A stretch of DNA of 64,000 bases from Candidatus Undinarchaeota archaeon (GTDB taxonomy: Archaea; SpSt-1190; JASMDC01): positions 22,229-86,228 of the forward strand of contig CAZFHY010000009.1 in the NCBI GenBank assembly GCA_964519305.1, given 5' to 3'. Positions 62,198 through 64,000 of the stretch are shown in pieces (position 1 is the first letter of the stretch; each line of letters begins with the position of its first letter). The notes under the pieces were generated by a model. It saw nothing but the letters and a program-made list of their open reading frames with translations, ran no database searches and was not told the DNA's origin. The position numbers and the translations under genes are program-made.

Positions 62198-62427
62198 GCT
62201 CCCACCTCAGGTGATACGATGAGGACATTATCCCCACGGATGAGGACCCGCCCCAGACGTCGTATCTTTTTTCCTTCGTTCTGTTCCTCGGTGTTATCGA
62301 GGACAAGGTTGATGTGAATATCGAACGCCTGCAACTCACCGACGTACGAGGTGCCATTCTTCAGCTCCACGAACACCCGTTTTCCCTTCGCGGCATTGAG
62401 TGCGTCCAAGGGTCGCTGTACGTTCAT
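62194..62427 (-). CDS. Sm-like archaeal protein (LSm/SmAP)
   Basis: Sm1 'VFVELKNGTSYVGELQAFDIHINLVL' and Sm2 'LGRVLIRGDNVLIV'. Overlaps rpl37e by 4 nt (the conserved LSm-L37e pair). Confidence 0.9.
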   Translation of the reverse strand: MNVQRPLDALNAAKGKRVFVELKNGTSYVGELQAFDIHINLVLDNTEEQNEGKKIRRLGRVLIRGDNVLIVSPEVGA

Positions 62428-62479
62428 AAATTCACCCTCTATTTCGTCCTCGACACGACCTGCTTTTTTTAAACCTATC

Positions 62480-62860
62480 CTATTGGACGAGCACGGCGTT
62501 CAGGATGCCGTGCTGGCCAGGTCGGCTGGTGACACGCGCCTTACCGGCCTCGGTCTCGATGATGGCGCCCTTCGTGATTATACCGCGTCGCACGTAGTGC
62601 GGGTTCGCGGTGTTCTCTACCACGCTGGTGACCTTGACATGCTTCTGGACCTTCTTCTTGGGATCGAACAGGTTCACGAGCTCGTCAGAGAGGAGCCGGA
62701 ACTTCTGGTTTCCCCCGAGACATTGGATCTTCTTAACGCGGCGGGATCCTATCTTGGTCTCGAGGTGTGCCCGCCCTAGGTCGAATTTGCGATGTTTGCG
62801 GGCTCGCACGATGCGTTTCCCCGTAATTTTCCTTCTTGAGAATCCCTGCCAGACAGCCAT
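62480..62860 (-). CDS. rps8e: ribosomal protein S8e (eS8)
   Basis: 'WQGFSRRKITG', 'KIQCLGGNQKFRLL' and 'VENTANPHYVRRGIITKGAIIET'. I chose ATG 62860; the longer track ORF extends through promoter-like AT-rich sequence. Confidence 0.85.
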   Translation of the reverse strand: MAVWQGFSRRKITGKRIVRARKHRKFDLGRAHLETKIGSRRVKKIQCLGGNQKFRLLSDELVNLFDPKKKVQKHVKVTSVVENTANPHYVRRGIITKGAIIETEAGKARVTSRPGQHGILNAVLVQ

Positions 62861-62947
62861 TTGTGATGCCTCTGTTCTGCTACTCCAATAGAAGATGCTA
62901 AAAACCTTTCGACTTCCGGGCCGGCTTATTAAATATTTTGCGAACGA

Positions 62948-62955
62948 TTTATAAA
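62948..62955 (+). promoter_or_regulatory. TATA box (tttataaa) for tfb
   Basis: AT island centred about 32 nt upstream of ATG 62984. A second AT-rich block at 62926-62940 may serve the divergent rps8e. Confidence 0.5.
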
Positions 62956-62983
62956 CCATGAAAGCACCGTTCCCCCTAAGAAC

Positions 62984-63943
62984 ATGGCCGAAGAGGGCAA
63001 ACTCCGGAAGCAGGAGATAACCGAGTGCCCCGAGTGCGGGAGCAGGGACCTCTACCGCGACGAGGACCGTGGCGAAGTCGTCTGCGCCGGTTGCGGGCTG
63101 GTCATCGAGGAGTCCATGGTGGACACCTCACAAGAATGGCGCGAGTTCGACCATGAGCAAGCCTCCAAGCGCCGACGTACTGGAGCTCCACTATCGGCCG
63201 CACGACACGACCGCGGGCTCACGACAGACATCGGTAAAGGCATCAGCGAGATCTACTCCGCTCTCCCAGCCGGCAAGCGTGCCCAGTACATGCGTCTGCG
63301 CAAGTGGCAGAGCCGCATGGTCAGCGCCACGGAGCGCAACCTCCGCTTCGCTTTATCGGAACTGAAGCGTTACTCTTCCTATCTCAATCTCCCGACGAAC
63401 ATCGAGGAGACCACCGCTATCCTCTACCGTAAGGCCGTGAGCAAGGGTCTGGTGCGGGGAAGGTCCATGGAGAGCGTCATTGCTGGCGCCCTCTATGCCG
63501 CGTGCCGCCGCCATAACACTCCGCGCACTCTCGAAGAGATCGCTGAGGTCTCCAAGGTGAGCAAGCGTGACATCGGCCGTGCCTACAGGTACCTGGCCAG
63601 GGAGCTGGGCCTGCGTATCCTTCCTACCAAACCCGAGGACTATATCCCCCGGTTCGCTTCCGAGCTGGGCCTCTCGGGCGAGGTGCAGGCGACCGCCATA
63701 GAGATCATCAAGCAGGCGGAGGCAAACGAGCTAATCTCGGGCAAGGGTCCCACGGGCATCGCCGCCGCCACCCTCTATCTGGCATCCCAGATCGTCGGGG
63801 AGCGACGCACCCAGCGTCAGGTCGCAGAGGTCGCAGGTGTCACCGAGGTAACGATCCGGAACCGGTGCAAGGACCTTATCGAGCGCCTCACACTCGAGGT
63901 ACCCTCCGGCCGCCGAGGTCGACGGCGACGGAAGCGCGAGTAG
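62984..63943 (+). CDS. tfb: transcription initiation factor IIB (TFB) with an Arg-rich C-terminal tail
   Basis: Zn ribbon 'CPECGS...VCAGCG', B-reader/linker, two cyclin folds, and an HTH ('QRQVAEVAGVTEVTIRNR'). Ends in 'SGRRGRRRRKRE'. Confidence 0.9.
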   Translation: MAEEGKLRKQEITECPECGSRDLYRDEDRGEVVCAGCGLVIEESMVDTSQEWREFDHEQASKRRRTGAPLSAARHDRGLTTDIGKGISEIYSALPAGKRAQYMRLRKWQSRMVSATERNLRFALSELKRYSSYLNLPTNIEETTAILYRKAVSKGLVRGRSMESVIAGALYAACRRHNTPRTLEEIAEVSKVSKRDIGRAYRYLARELGLRILPTKPEDYIPRFASELGLSGEVQATAIEIIKQAEANELISGKGPTGIAAATLYLASQIVGERRTQRQVAEVAGVTEVTIRNRCKDLIERLTLEVPSGRRGRRRRKRE

Positions 63944-64000
63944 CCCGTCACGGACAATCGAGAATCCCTTCTTCATGACCGATTTCTGTAGACGTGGTGA

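Noticed and set aside
1-64000. Search by eye for CRISPR arrays, transposases/integrases, prophage genes, rRNA genes, and classic defence genes (restriction-modification, Cas, toxin-antitoxin pairs)
   Set aside because: No regularly spaced direct repeats, no DDE or tyrosine/serine recombinase motifs, and no rRNA-like conserved stretches were seen. The only tandem DNA repeats are coding (55648-56200) or promoter-proximal (48140-48200). This was a visual scan only, so short or degenerate elements could have been missed.

Overview
This is a GC-rich archaeal chromosomal segment (GC judged by eye, not computed). The archaeal assignment rests on TFB, PAN, prefoldin beta, NAC, LSm, SepF, and RNA polymerase subunits N and P. 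It also rests on ribosomal proteins L18e/L13/S9/L37Ae/L37e/S8e/S17e and an intron-containing tRNA. The lineage cannot be placed from sequence alone. Promoters stand out as short AT-rich BRE/TATA islands. Many sit about 28 nt upstream of the start codon (leaderless mRNAs), while internal operon genes are SD-coupled or overlap by ATGA.

Content:
- Three loci pair a membrane-tethered winged-helix protein with large secreted beta-sandwich proteins. Two of these sit in a tandem, rearranged duplication that also carries MacB/FtsX-type ABC exporters (42.2-53.1 kb).
- A 2293-aa surface protein with an acidic Cys-rich module.
- A soluble MtrA/MtrH-like corrinoid methyltransferase operon with an actin-fold ATPase.
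- A carbon-metabolism stretch: RuBisCO with all catalytic residues and an N-terminal extension, GH57, and fused HPS-PHI.
- A bacterial-type PNPase with an Arg-rich tail.
- A sucrose/fructan-like locus.
- SecDF.
- Two conserved information-processing clusters.

Features absent from the ORF track: tRNA-Pro(GGG), tRNA-Lys(CUU) with a 58-nt intron, rpoP, a Pcc1-like ORF with no canonical start, rps17e with an apparent CTG start, two C/D-box sRNA candidates, and promoter-embedded repeat or palindrome elements.

I saw no CRISPR array, transposase, integrase or rRNA. All functional calls come from motif recognition by eye, with no database search.
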